64,000 nucleotides of DNA from Lama glama (Eukaryota), in the NCBI GenBank assembly GCA_028534125.1, contig CM052817.1:57104001-57168000 (forward strand). The letters run 5' to 3'. Under the pieces are notes generated by a model that had not been told where the DNA came from, did not search any database, and worked only from the letters and a program-made list of their open reading frames with translations. The translations under genes and the position numbers were made by a program. Of this stretch, positions 26,171 to 40,100 are shown piece by piece; positions within the stretch are counted from its first letter, which is position 1; every line of letters begins with the position of its first letter.

Positions 26171-27224
26171 CAACGCATCCTCCCCCTTCCCACTGCAGCC
26201 TCACAGCAGCCCTCAAGCCTCAACAGGCCAATTAAGTAACGTGATATAAACATGCAGGTTGAAAATGAGCCATCTCTCCTCAGAGCTGCCTGCAAATCGA
26301 ACAGCGCTTTATTTCATTTGGAGTCGGGGCAATTAACCCAGATACTGTCAACATCAGACACTTTTGTGACCTTCAACACTGCAGGTAAAACCACTCTTTC
26401 CTGACCCTCCTCGTTCCCTTTCTCCCCTCTGCCAACTCTGCCTGTCTTAGCTGTTACACATTCCCGCTAGGTATTTCTCTTTAACCAAATCAGCTCTTTG
26501 ATGCATGTCTCTCTCACTGCTTTCTCTGTTTCTGACTTTCATGAGACATTCAGAAGGAGAGCTGAGGCAATGCTGCTTCCAAGAAAGGAAGAAAGAGAAA
26601 AGGAGGTGCTGTATTGTCTTCTAATCACCAGCTCAATCAGAAATTTGGCAGCCTGGAAATGTCATGCATAATATATGGAGCAAGCGCTTTTAAAAGTGGA
26701 TTATGAGGATTTTTTTTTCTGATATAAAGCCAGGCGATTTTATGCTGATGCTGCTAAATGAAATAATCCTTTCTTTGGTCCTTCCCTGAGGGCCATTTTC
26801 ATATTATTTTATGTTATGTGTTTTTTTTCTCTTCATGGGTTTCTTTCTCTCATATTTATTTAAAAGATACACATCCTCATAACTTTTTTGTAATATTTTT
26901 GTACGTTTTCCTGTCATTTCCATGAATACATTGAGAATTCATTCATTTTCTTTCTCCAGCTGCTGTTTTGGTGGACTAATAATGCTGCTGTTAAAAATCT
27001 CCCTGGATCAAAGAAGATATGCTGAGACTTAGAACAGAAAGAATAAAGTTAACTGCAACTGATAAAATAGTTGAGTGTCGTTCTATCTCAGGAAGTATAG
27101 TAAATGTGATTAAAATCACTATGTTGAAGAAATAGACCTTAGATACCATTATTCCAACCCACTCATTTGCACATAAATCCATTAAGTTATAAGGTCTTTG
27201 TACACTGGTCTGGTATTCACCACA

Positions 27225-27960
27225 CAGTGAATCCATCAACAAGGCCCCTCATGCTACCTTCAAAGTGTAATCCAAATCCACATAACTGTCACCACCTCCT
27301 CTGCTACCCATCCTGCCCAAGTCATTGCTTCTTACCTGAATGGGTACAGTAGCTTCCTACTTCGTCTCCCTGCTCCTATATTTGTTCCCAAGTTAATTAT
27401 TCTCTTATAGCAACCATATGGATCCTCTAAAAGTGTAAGTCAGATCATGCTATTGTCCTACTCAAAACCCTTCAATGTCTTGCCATCACACAATCCAAAG
27501 TCTTTTCCATTAATCAAAAGACCCTACATCACCTGGCCCCGGCTGCCCCTCTGATTCCATTACCTTCCTTCCCCCACCTTCTTCACACTGTTCCTTAAAC
27601 CCGCAGAGCATACTCCCTATTTGGGCCTTGACTCATAAAGTTCCCATATAGAAAGTTCTTTCCATAGATCATCTCATGGCTCACTCCCTTATTTCATTCA
27701 GATCTCTGCTCAAACGTCACCTGCTCAAGAGAATCCTTCTCTGACTCCCCTGTTAACAGCCACTTACTTCACTCACAACTTTCAACTGTCTTTCTTCCTT
27801 TTCCCAGCTCAGTTGTTGTCATAGGACTTTTATCTCTAATCCACATTCAGTTATATATTTTTATATTTACTTACTTATGTATTGACTGCATCCCTCACTG
27901 TAAAGCAGGGAAATATGGTCTTTGCCTCTTTCATGCAGTGTTGTATTTCCAGAAGAGCGA
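27225..27960 (+). mobile_element. L2 LINE 3' region
   Basis: aagtcagatcatgctattgtcctactcaaaacccttcaatg...tcattcagatctctgctcaaacgtcacctgctca. Confidence 0.85.
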
Positions 27961-28384
27961 AAGCAGGCAGGAAGTCCCAGACCTCAGACCTGTGGCCCGG
28001 TTACAGTTTTCTGTATTATCAGCATCTAGGAAGGAAAAGTAAAGAGCGTCTTTTCTTCCTTCTGTGGTTTATGAAATGTCCAATTTGAAGTGTTTGAGGT
28101 CTGGTATGAGGCAACCAAGGATCTAATTTGGACCAATTTGAAATATTAAAGGACAAAATAAGATGTCCTGGGAATAAGGTCAAATATTCTAGCAGCAAAC
28201 TCTCTCTTTGTAAGATCCCTCTAGCGTGACATGTTGTTTATGGAAACAGGGTATGTATTTGTAATTTTGAAAATTATAAAAATCTTTGTTAAAATTTGAC
28301 CAGGGGCATTGCTCAACTTTCATGTTGAGTAAGTGACAGAAAAGATCTCTAAGGCCATGGAGGGGTTAAAAGTAGAGGCCAAAA

Positions 28385-29097
28385 GTATGTGCTCTGGAGC
28401 CAAGCTGTCTTGACCCAAATCCTGGCTCAGTCACTTACATGCTGTGATGGTTAATTTTATGTGTCAACCTGACTGGCCCATGAGGCACCCAGACATTTGG
28501 TCAAACATTATACCGGATGTGTCTATGAAGGTGTTTTTCCGTGAAATTGCCGTTAGAATCAATAGACCGAGTAAAGGATATTGTTCTCCCTACTGTAGTG
28601 GGTCTCATTCAATCAGCTGAAGGCCTGAATAGAACAAAAAGTCCGCCCCTCCCAGGAGTAAGAATTTCTCCTGCCTGGTATTATTCAAACTGGAATATTT
28701 GCTTTTCCCAGCCTTTAGACTTGAACTGAAATATAAGCTCTTCCTGGGTCTTGAGCCGGCCAGCCTTCAGACTAGAATTTACACCACCAGTTCCCCAAGG
28801 TCTCCAGCTTGCCAGCTAAAGAGTTTGAGACTTGTCAGCCTCCATAATCACATGAGGAAATTCCTTATATTAAATCTCTTTATACATATGTCCTATTGAT
28901 TCTGTTTCTGTGGAGAACACTGACTAACACACATGTTGTTGGGATCTCTGATCATATTACTTAACTCTTCTGTCTCTGTCTATAAATGGCAATAATTTAC
29001 AGTATCTATCATAGAGAATTGTTATAAAGCATAAATCAGTTACTACATATGAATTGTTTTAGTAGTCTCTACACATAGTAAGCATTATGTCAGCTAT
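28385..29097 (+). mobile_element. MIR interrupted by an MLT2 LTR
   Basis: MIR 5' part gctctggagccaa...aaatcctggctcagtcacttac; resumes after 28931 with ttacttaactcttctg...acacatagtaagca. Confidence 0.75.
28443..28931 (+). mobile_element. ERVL solo LTR (MLT2)
   Basis: tgtgatggttaattttatgtgtcaac...ctgtttctgtggagaacactgactaacaca; 5-bp TSD catgc/catgt. Confidence 0.92.
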
Positions 29098-30869
29098 TAT
29101 AATCATTTTGCCATCCAGGAGATTTTTTTAAGAATAGTGTTTTCCTATGAGCATTTTGTCCTGCATACAGTTTATAGAAGAGGTACAGTAATTTCTGTCT
29201 GGATGCAGTTTCCCTTACTCTAGGACCCTGGAAGATACGCTGGAACGTGAGATACCCATTAACAAAATAATCCCTTTCATCTTTAACTCAATATCTGCAA
29301 CAACAGAAATATCTCCCATATAATTAATTAGACTTTGTAAACCAAATAAAAAGTATTGGGTCAAGGTTTAAAAAGCTGTTTCCTAAGCAACAAGAGAGTT
29401 TAAGGTTGGTGTTCAAAGTGCACTTTACAGGTAAGGAAGCTGGAAAAAGAATACTGCCATAACCAAGGTCACACAAAAGGGAGGACTGCTAACTCTCCAG
29501 CCCACTGTTTAACTCACTGAATCCATACAACCAGAGACAAGCCAAATCTCTCTTCTAATGTACTTGATCTCTGATACTTTGAAGCCGCTAGACTCCCATG
29601 TTCACTCTGAACAAAGATTCATCTTACACTACTTCAACCTCCCCAGGCCAGTCTGGACTTACGGTTTAATTAAATCCTTGGAGCTGCATTTTTGAAGGAG
29701 CTATTATCTTTAAGTGATTCTGGTGTATGAGCATATAGGAAAGGAGGAGGGAGAGGGAAAGAAGACAGCAAGAGGTGAGAGAGGTAAGAAAGATAGAGTA
29801 CAAATCAAGTATCTTTGATCTCAGTTGATTAGTTACACATTTTTGTCAGAAGTAATTCAAAGACACAAGGAGAATGTGAATTACCCACGGAAAGCGACAG
29901 TGTGTGGCACATAGCCTCTCTCCATTACCTATGTCAATGGTAGAACCGAAGTGCTGACACTGCATCATGGTTTTCAAAAGGCAATTTTGGACATGACATA
30001 AAATAGTTTTTCACCCTTACAATTTACATTTAGATGCTGCAGAAATAAGTTATGGAAGCAAATCTAAGTTGAGTTTACAGTTTCAATCAAAATTTCTCTT
30101 TTCTTATGATGTTTATTATTCATTGTATACAATGCCATTACACAGTGAGAAGATTTTCAAGAATAGTGTTTTTGCATTGCCCAGTTTGCCACAGACATGG
30201 TTAAATCAGGGGTATCGCTCCTTCTGCAAAGTAAAAAAATTAAGTATTCTTTAGCTTTCAAAGAGTGATTTTGGATGAAAAAATATTTGGGGGGTTCAGA
30301 AAATGATCAAAGCTAGTAAACGTCTTCTCTTTCCCAGATATTTTTATCCCTGAAGCATAGAAACAAGGAAATAGCACCTTTCCATGCAAATAGAATGGCC
30401 TCAGGCTTTTCTTTGCAATATTTATGATCAAATTATATTTTTTAATGTCTTTGGAACTCTAGAAACAACTGGAACTACATGATTAGCTGACAGTGCTATG
30501 TTTTTATTATACACAATAAATCTAGGTGTAAATTTCATTTCAATATTATATCCTCTGAGGTTGTTAGCCACTTGATCTTTAAATTTGCACATTTGGTACA
30601 ATCTAATTCAACAAATGGTAATTGCCTGCTATAGATTGGGTACTGTGTTAGGCACTGTGGTGGTTAAAAATGAGAATACAGTCCCTGTACCTAATGAACT
30701 CACAAGTTAGTGAGGGGATAGGCTTCTAAAAGAGACAGAATAAGGGCAGAGACTAAATCAAAATGCAGAATAAGACAGCATCATGAAGACATATACAAGG
30801 TGCTAGGTAAAGTTCAAATGTTTCTCCCTCAACCCCTTGGGTCCCAACTTCTTCAAAGTCAGGCTACCA

Positions 30870-33510
30870 ATCTTCTAACATCTTGTTCATCCTCCCTGTT
30901 GTACTTATGTGCAGACCCGCAGGTTAATTCTCTTCATCCCTTAAAGAGGCAGCACCTGACTCACTGTTACTCTCCACCACTACTCTTGGTGATTTCAGTG
31001 TCTACTTGGATTTCCTTCCAGTATCTTGGCTTTTTAGTTTCATTGCTTTCTTAACTACAATGATCTGATCTTCCAACCGCCCCATTTCAGCTTCCCTCTT
31101 TTCTACACACAATCATTACAAATGACTTCACTGCTTCCGCTGGCTCAGTTCCAAGCATCCCACTCTCTGAGCTCCATCTGCTATCCTCCTGGCTCACTCC
31201 CTCCGGTACCCTAATTCCAGCAATCTGTTGAACTCATCCATGTTTTCACCTTCCCTCCCCACCCTAGCCTAGATTCCACAACCCACTGTTATTATCACTG
31301 TACTGCACATGCCCTACCCTCCCCTACCCCCAACAATGATAACTGCAAACACCACTCCGAAGCTGCACTTGAATCACAGGCACCAAAGCCACTGAGTAGG
31401 TAAATACATAATTATGCTGATTCGCCCTGCTTCAAACGTATGACTACAAACTCTACTGCCTCCTGACATGCATATTATATTTCTCTAATCCATTGTCAAC
31501 CTCCCACTCTCCAGAAGAACATTCGTATCTTCTTTTCTCTCTCAAACTCCCAACATCTCTCCTGCTATCTTTTCTCTCAATTATGACCTGATTTCTTATT
31601 CGCTGAGAAAACAGAGGCAGTCAGAAGAGAGTCACATCTTCCTACAGCCACAAGCCTGCCTGCATCTGTACCCATATACTCTTCCTTCCTTCCTGTTCAA
31701 ATGGATGAACTGTTTACAGTCCTATCAGAGGCCAACTCCTTGACTTGTACTTTGGATCTCTTCTGCTCTTGCTCTTGAGAAGATTTTGCATACCCTCTCT
31801 CCAACATCTTCAAGTTTTCCCTCTGGGTTATTCTCATCAGTATACAAACATATGATAATATCACTTATCTTTAAGAATATTCCTCCCCAGATTATTTCAG
31901 ATTGTCCTCCAACCACCACTTCTTTGCTCTCCCTTATAGCAAATCTCATTTTTTTTAAGTTATTTATACCTGCAGTGGCAAATTCCTCTCTGCCAATTCT
32001 CTCTTGATTCAGACTTTGTCTCCACCATTTCAGTGTACCTACTTCCAATCTTCACCATAACAATAGTCATATCTCAACTCTCATCTAACCTCTTATAGTG
32101 GCAGCATATGACAGGGCTTATTATTACTTATTCATTGAAATACTTTTTTCACTTGGCAACCAGGCTGAGTATCCAACTATTAACTGACAACTTCATAGTT
32201 GCTACTTCCAGCCATGACCTCTCCCCAAGTTCTAGCTTTGTGTCTCCAACTGCCAAGAAGACACTGCCACTTAGATGGACAACAGCATCTCAAATCTAAC
32301 ATATACAGCAATTACACTAATTTTTCCCTCTTACCTGTTTCTCCTACAGTTAGCCCCCTCTCCAAAAAAAAAAAAATCAATTTCATCTGTCCAGTTGCTC
32401 TTGTCAAAAAGTTTGAAATCATCTTTGACCCTCTTGTTCTTCCCTCCTACATCCAACCTAAGAGCAAATCTTGTTGGTGCCACTTTAAAAATACAGCCAA
32501 ATACAGCCACTTCCTATAGCCTCTACTATTACCCTAGTCTAAGTCATCATCTAGATTTTTGCAATCACCTTTTAATCAGACTGCCTGCTTTTACCCTTAA
32601 CTCCTATATTTCTTCCCTCACAGAGCCACGAGAGTAATTTTTTTTAATGTTAGTCATTTCAGATCATTTCTCTACTCAAAATATTCCAGGATATCCATAT
32701 CTCTTTCAGAATAAAAGCCAGAGTTTTTTCAAGACCCATCAGTCCCACATGAGCTGGTCCTCACAAAATCTCTGAGATCACTTCCTATGACTCTTTCCCA
32801 GCTCCCTCTGCTCCATGCAACTGCAAGAGGGCTACAAAATTTAGTCTTCCAAGTTCCTGGAAGGAGAAGAGAACCATCCATAAGTACCGCCAATCTTTCC
32901 AAAATGTCCAAGACTAACAGGGCAGCATCGGGCACCAGATCATTGTGCAGAATGTGACATGGACCAGGACACAAGGCTTGGTCCAGAGGTGGCTGCTGCT
33001 GATACTGTCACCATCACTACTCTGCAACCTTCACTTCTCACATCTAATCATTCCTCAAGTCTTACAGGTACCTCCTTAAACATTGATGTGTTGGGCAATA
33101 TTGGGTCCTTTTCTCCATTACTGCTACCACTACCTCTACCTTTAGCCTTTTACCACTCTCATCTGCAAATCTGTAGTCTCCTACCTGGTCTCCCTACTCT
33201 CTGTCTTCCACTGTATCTCCCATCTCAAAAAGATATTTCCTGATCATCTAACCCAAATACTCTCTTTACCCCAGCCACCTTCTCATGCTCTGTTCTTTTT
33301 TTTCCAGATCCCCTGCCACTATCTGAAGTTGTAAGTATATCTGTCCACTTGTCCCCACCTCTGTTTCTACCACCATAAACATAAAAAGGCACTGGAATGT
33401 GAGCTCCCTGAGATTAGGGAGTTGACTAATCAGAGCTTTAGCTCCAGCTCCTAGAAGAGTGTCTAGCACAAGGCAGATCCTTAATGTATATTTGTAGAAT
33501 AAATAAATTT
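30870..33510 (+). mobile_element. Degraded L2 LINE fragments
   Basis: Pyrimidine-rich L2 ORF2/3' motifs (gagaaaacagaggcagtcagaagaga; tcagatcatttctctactcaaaa; gtgtctagcaca...tttgtagaataaataaat). Confidence 0.75.
32918..33021 (+). pseudogene. E4F1: Captured E4F1 coding fragment
   Basis: Translates QGSIGHQIIVQNV(T, 1-nt deletion)MDQDTRLGPEVAAADTVTITT versus recalled human E4F1 QASAGHQIIVQNVTMDEETALGPEAAAADTITIAT. Confidence 0.88.
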
Positions 33511-34409
33511 TCCATCATGAAACCCAAGTGATCTTTCTAAAACAACTCTGACCACATAATTTCCCAACTTAACATGCTCCAGTGACTCCTTATAGTACTT
33601 CCAAATAAAATTTCTGCTCCTTAGGAAATTTCTCAGACCCTCCATGAGTATCTCTGCTTATTTTTCTAGTGGCACAGACTACAATCCCCTTATTCTCAAG
33701 GGGTTTTCTCCCACAGGGGAGTTTGTAACTGGTTCTCCCTCTGAGTAAAGTACTTTTCAAAGGCAACCACTCCCTTTACCTGGTTCACTCCAATTTATTC
33801 TTCAGAATTCAAGTCAGACAGTGCCTACTCTAAGGGTTAGAGCCCTTCCTATGTACTGTGCTACATAGGTCACTGTGTTAGTCTCTAGGTTATAACTAGT
33901 AGCTGTGACAGACACCAGGTGCTGGGCCAGATACCAGGTTACAACTGTAAATATGACCTATCCATGTTGTGGTGTCACAATTAGTTCTAAAATCTAACTC
34001 CCAAATCTAGCTTAAAGCATTTTTCATATAGAATATTATTATTGTTGTTGTTATTTTTATTATTACTCCTACCATAGTTATGCTTATTTTATCCAATGGC
34101 TTTAATCATCCAGAATGGCCTGAAAACTCAGAAGTAAGCAAACAAGGACTCTGAGTAGCCAAAGTGGTGTCACAAAGCTAATATACTTTATTTACAATCT
34201 GCCCCCCAGGTTCTCTCTCAGAACCTCATTACAGTATAGTGTACTCTTATTTAAAATACACTTCAAAGAACCTTCACTATTTGATTCCCCAGCCCACAGT
34301 TGATAGAATCCACCATTCAACAAGTATTTTATTAAGTGCTTACTACACACAAGACATTGTGCTAAATTGTGGGAACTAGAAGAAATGCTTTTTAAAAAGT
34401 CACCACTCC

Positions 34410-34499
34410 AGGGGTAATTGGGCACCCTCTGTACTCTCTACTCAAGTTCCTGTGAACCTAAAACTGCTCTAACAAAGTTTATTAGTTAAAAAAAATTTT
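34410..34499 (+). mobile_element. Short L1MC-type 3' tail
   Basis: ctctgtactctctactcaagttcctgtgaacctaaaactgctctaa followed by an A tract; imperfect TSD aagtcaccactcc/aagtcctcactcc. Confidence 0.65.
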
Positions 34500-36477
34500 A
34501 AGTCCTCACTCCCGTCATTACCACCACCTGCTTTATTAAAGAAGTACTGAAGTACCCCAAATACAATGACAAATAGAGGCAAATACACGATGAAAGCAAG
34601 AAATGAAAACTGACTTTTTCAACTAAAGGATACAGGGGGAAGAAAGGAAAATCAGGAATAACAACTTAATAAACTTAGTAGTTTAGAGTTACTTATTGGA
34701 GAGATGAAAAACCCTACATACCTAAACCTTTCATATAGGACAATGGGAAGATAAGAGCTGAGAGCTGAACTTTCATCTTGGTCTCTATTTGCCCAGCTGC
34801 GCAGTCTTCAGAAAGTCATGCCAGCTCTCTGGGCCTCATTCTCTTCCTGTCTACTAGGATGGAGTTGAATCAGATGGTCTTCATCAAGGCCCACCACACT
34901 CTAAAATCCTATGATTCTATGTTCAAACTTCTGACCTTAAGCCATCAAAATAAAGGTAAAATATATTCAGTATACTCTGATATAAAATGCAGGCAGGGAT
35001 GGGTATCATATATTTTAGAAGAGTTTATAGAAATGGTAAATTTTTAAGTTTGCAAGGTAGCAAGATAAGTTTCAGTTATCTGGAAAATCCACTTATGTGG
35101 AACACTGCTATCCCCCATATTGCTAGATAAGTGAGAATTTCAGCGTTATTTAAACAGCCCAGCATGGGCTGACTATGTTAGTATTAGGCCAAAGAAACAG
35201 AGAAACCTACAGGGGATTCCCCTTTCTCTACAGTTTCTATAAAATTAACTAGCCAAAAAAGGTAAATCTGTCATTCATGAAGAACATCCCATTAGGAAAA
35301 CAAGTGTTGCAAGGATGTAGTGGTCAGCTTTTAAAGAAGATGGACAGGCACCAATCTTCTCTACCTAACCGCATCCCATGACACCCCATACCACCTAAGC
35401 AAAGTACAGACGCATGCTGATGAACAGTGGGACTGCTCTATCTTGTACCAAAAAGTTATCAGTAGCCAGTAAAGGGTATCCAGATGGGCACCTGTCCAAA
35501 TGGCTGTAGTTTTAAGTTTTAAAACTTAAATACATGTTTCGCTTTATACGGCTACGTCACACATGGGACCCATTTCATTCCCCAAAGATGACGAATAAAT
35601 GAGTTATCAATTGTACTGTTTCTGGATATAGGGAGACTGCCAAGCCTAAAGATGCTGCTCACCTCCATACCCAGCTGAGGCCAAGAAGAGATGACTCTGC
35701 AAAATGTTCATGCATTCTCTTATACATGCATGTGACATTTTCAGGCCCCACTATGTGTCAGGCATTGTGTTAAATCCAGGAATTTAATAGTGGAGGAAAA
35801 AACTAGACATGATCTTTGACTTCATGTAATTTACTTTTTGTAAAATTACAAAAGTTTTATGAGCTACTGAGGATTAGTAATATTTAAGAAAAATTGGTGG
35901 CTGGGAAGGAGTGGATATAAAAGAGGAATTGACAAAGTTATGGGAACAAGGGGAAGCAGGGAAACCTTTCTCTTCAAGAGATAGCATTTGAACTAAGAAC
36001 TCAAGGTTGAGCTGGCATTAACTTCCAGCCTTTTATGTAAGTCAGCCAATCAATTATTTGTCATCATGCATCAATGTTTGTCAGCCTACTATGCACAAAC
36101 TCACACACCTAGGGACACTGGGAAAATACAGTCACCAGATTACTTGGCACAGCTTCCATCTTGTCAATTTCACTCACAATCTATTAGGGGAAATATTCTT
36201 ATTATATTAAAACCAACACAAATTTATTATGACAGAAAAACAGTATGTGAGGGATGTTTTTAAAGAAAAAAATGCAAAACTTCTAGATAGTTCTAGTCTT
36301 CTGTAGGATTGTTTTGGGCCATGCCTAACCCCTCAATTCACTTCCACCTGTCATTAGGGCTACTTCAATAGAAAAGTATGAGGAGTTACTGATGTATCAT
36401 TAATAAAAAAGCCTCAGATCTAATTCAAGATTATTGTATCACTGAACTCAAAGTGACAATGGATAAGTGTTCATACT

Positions 36478-36665
36478 TAGTAGTAGCAATAGTAGTAGGA
36501 TTAGTAATAGTAGTAGGAGTAGGGGTAGGAGGAGTAGTAGTCATAGTCTCAATAATGCAGCTGTTTCAGTAGTAGTAGCGGTTATTGTTATTGCAGTTAT
36601 TATAGTTAATGGTAGTAAGTAGTACTGGTGGTTGTTGTCATAGTCATAGAAGTAGTAGTAGTAGT
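36478..36665 (+). repeat. Degenerate (TAG)n low-complexity tract
   Basis: Direct reading. Confidence 0.85.
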
Positions 36666-37167
36666 TAAGAGCTATGTTGGATTTGAACACTATCATTTAC
36701 CAGCTGGATGAGATTGGAAAAATTATGTAAATTTCCTATATCCTTAGAATGGAGTTAATAAAAACATCTACCTCCTAAGATTGCTGAAAGAAATAAGTGA
36801 AATATGTATAAAGAAAAGTGTTGGCACAAAACAAGTACTCCAGATGTACAGGCTATTTTTGAAGTATTATCTTTATTATTAGTGTTATTGGTATTATAAC
36901 ATATCTTGACATCCTGAAAGGAAGCTGGAGTAAAGGAAAAGCAAGTCAAAATTAGTTTGGGGTTGAGGAGCAGTGAGTAATAAAATAACCTGACTTCAAC
37001 CTGAATTAAACCTACCATCATCAAACGATTTCACTATGGAAGAAATGCCCTCCCTTCAGAGTTGTCATCATAATTTCTTTTTAAAGTACTTTATAATCTC
37101 CCTTTATGCACTAATTCAAGTTAAATTAAATCCATGTTGCATTTCTCAAGATAAAGAATTATATCAA

Positions 37168-40100
37168 GCACCAAAATACATTAAGTAAATAATGATAGAC
37201 CTTAAGAGAGAAATAGACAACAATACAATAATTGTAGGAAGCTTCAATATTCTACTTTCAACAGTGAAGAAATCATTCAGAAAGAAAATCAACAAGGAAA
37301 CCTTGGAATTGAACAAATAAACATATAAACATATACAAAATATTCCATCCAGTAGAAGTAGAATACACATTCTTCTCAAGTGCACATGGAACATTCTCCA
37401 GGATAGATCATATGATAGGCCACAAAACAAATCTTAGCAAATTTAGGAAGATTAAGATCATACTATCTTCTCTGTCCAGAATGGTACGAAACTGGATATC
37501 AACAAGAGGAAAATGAGAAGATCTATAAATATATGGAAATTAAGCAACACACTTTCAAAAAATAAAATAAAATAAACAAACTTTCAAACAATCATTGGGT
37601 CAAAGAAGAAATCAAAAAGGAAGTAAAAATTATCTCAAAACAAATGAAAATGGAAATAAAACATATCAAATTTTGTGGGATGTAGCAAAAACAGTTCTGA
37701 GAGGAAATTTTATATCAATAAACACATATATTAAGAAATTTAAAAGATGTCAAATAAACAACTTAACTTTACATCTTAAGGAACTGGAAAAATATGAACT
37801 AATTAAGCCCAAAGTTAGCATAAGGAAGGGAATAATAAAGATCAGTGTGGAAATGAATGAAACAGAGACCAGAAAAACAGCAGAATAGATCAAAAAAACT
37901 AAGAGCTGAGTCTTTGAAAAGATGAGCAAAACTGACAAACCCTTAGCTAGACTAAGAAAAAAGAAAGAAGATGAAAATAAAAGAGGAGACACCACAACTA
38001 ATACTACAAAAATATGTAGAATCATTAAGAGACTACTATGAACAATTATATGCCAACAAATTAAACAACTTGGAAGAAGTGGATACATCTAGAAACACAC
38101 AATGTACCAAGACTAAATCAGGAAGAACTAGAAAATTTAAACAGACAATAACTAATAAAGAGATTGAATCAATAATCAAAAAAAACCCAACACAGGAAAC
38201 TCCATGATGGCTTCACTGGAGAATTCTACAAAACATTTAAAGAAGAATTAATAAACAACACACTTTCAAAAGACAAACACACACACACATACTTTAAAAC
38301 AATCATTGGGTCAAAGAAGAAATCAAAAGGGAAGTAAAAATTACCTCAAAACAAATGAAAATGGAAATAAAACGTATCAAATTTTCCTCTTCAAACCCTC
38401 CCAAAATATTGAGGAGGAAACACTTCCAAACTCATTCTATGAAACTAGCATACTTTGATACCAAAATTAGATAAGGATACCACAACGGGGAAAAAAAAGC
38501 TATAGACCAATATCCCTGATGAATATAGATGCAAAAATTCTCAACAAAATATTAGCAAACTGAATTCAAGAACACATTAAAAGGATTTACACCAAGACCA
38601 ACTGGGAATTATCCTTGAGATGAAAGGATAGTTCAACATATGCAAATCAACACATGTAATACATATATACATATATATGTATATATATATATAATACATA
38701 TATATATATAGAAGGAATATACCTCAACATAATAAAGACCATATGTCAACAAACCCACAGCTAACATTATATTCAATGGAGAAAAATAGAAAATATTTCC
38801 TCTAAGATCAGAAACAAGACAAGAATGCCATTCTCACCACTTCAATTCAATATAGTGCTGTAAGTCCTTAGAGCAATAAGGCAAGACAAAGAAATAAAAG
38901 GCATCGAAATCCAAAAGAAGAAAGTAAAACTGTCATTTGGTGATGACAGAATCTTATATGTAGAAAATTCCAAGGAGTTGTTCAAAAAACTGTTGGAATT
39001 AATCCATGATCTCAGTGAAGTGATAGGATACAAAATCAACATACAGAAATCAATTGCATTTCTTTACAGTAATGATGAAGCATCTGAGAAAGAAATAAAG
39101 AAAATGATCCCATTCACAATAGCATCAAGAATAACAACATATTTAGCAACAGATTTAACCAAGGAAGTAAAATATGTGTACAACGGCAATATCTGAAAAC
39201 GGCAAGACACTGCTGGAAGGAACTGAAGAAGACACAAACAAATGGAAAGACATCCTGTGTTCACAGACTGGAAGAATTAATATTGTTAAAATGACCATAC
39301 CACCCAAAGCCATTTAGAGATTCAACATAATCCCCATCAAAATACAAAGATATTCTTCACAGAAATAGAAGAAACAATCCTAAAGTTTGTCTGAAACCAC
39401 AAAAAAAAAAAAAAACAAATAGCCAAAACAATCCTGAGCGAAAAAAACAAAGCTGGAGATATCACTGCTTCTGGATTTCAAATTATACTATAAAGCCATA
39501 GTAATAAAAACAGTATGGTACTGGCACAAAAATAAGACACATCAACTGATGAAACAGAATAGGAAGCCGAGAATTAAATCCTGGCATATATAGTCAACTA
39601 ATATTCAACAAGGGAGTCAAGAATACCCAATGGGGAAAAGACAGTGTCTTCAACAAATGGTGCCAGGGAAATTGGAGAAATGTATGCAGAACAATCAGAT
39701 TGGACCCCTATTTCACACCATTCACAAAAATGAACTCAAAATGGATCAAACATGTAAATATAAGACCTAATCCCATAATACTCCAAGAAGAAACATAGGG
39801 AAGAAGCTCATCCATATTGGTCTTGGTGATTATTATTTTTTTTAACATGATGCCAAAAGCACAAACAACAAAAGCAAAAATCAACAAATGGGATTACATC
39901 AAACTCATCCTCTACACAGCAAAAGAAACAATTAACAAAATGGAAAGATAACCTACATAGTAGGAGACAGTTTTTGCAAACTATATATCAGATAAATGGT
40001 TAATATCCAAAATACATAAAGAACTTAGTCAATTTAATAACAAATAATAATAATTTGATTAAAAATAGACATTTTTCAAAAGAGGGCATCAAAATGGCCA

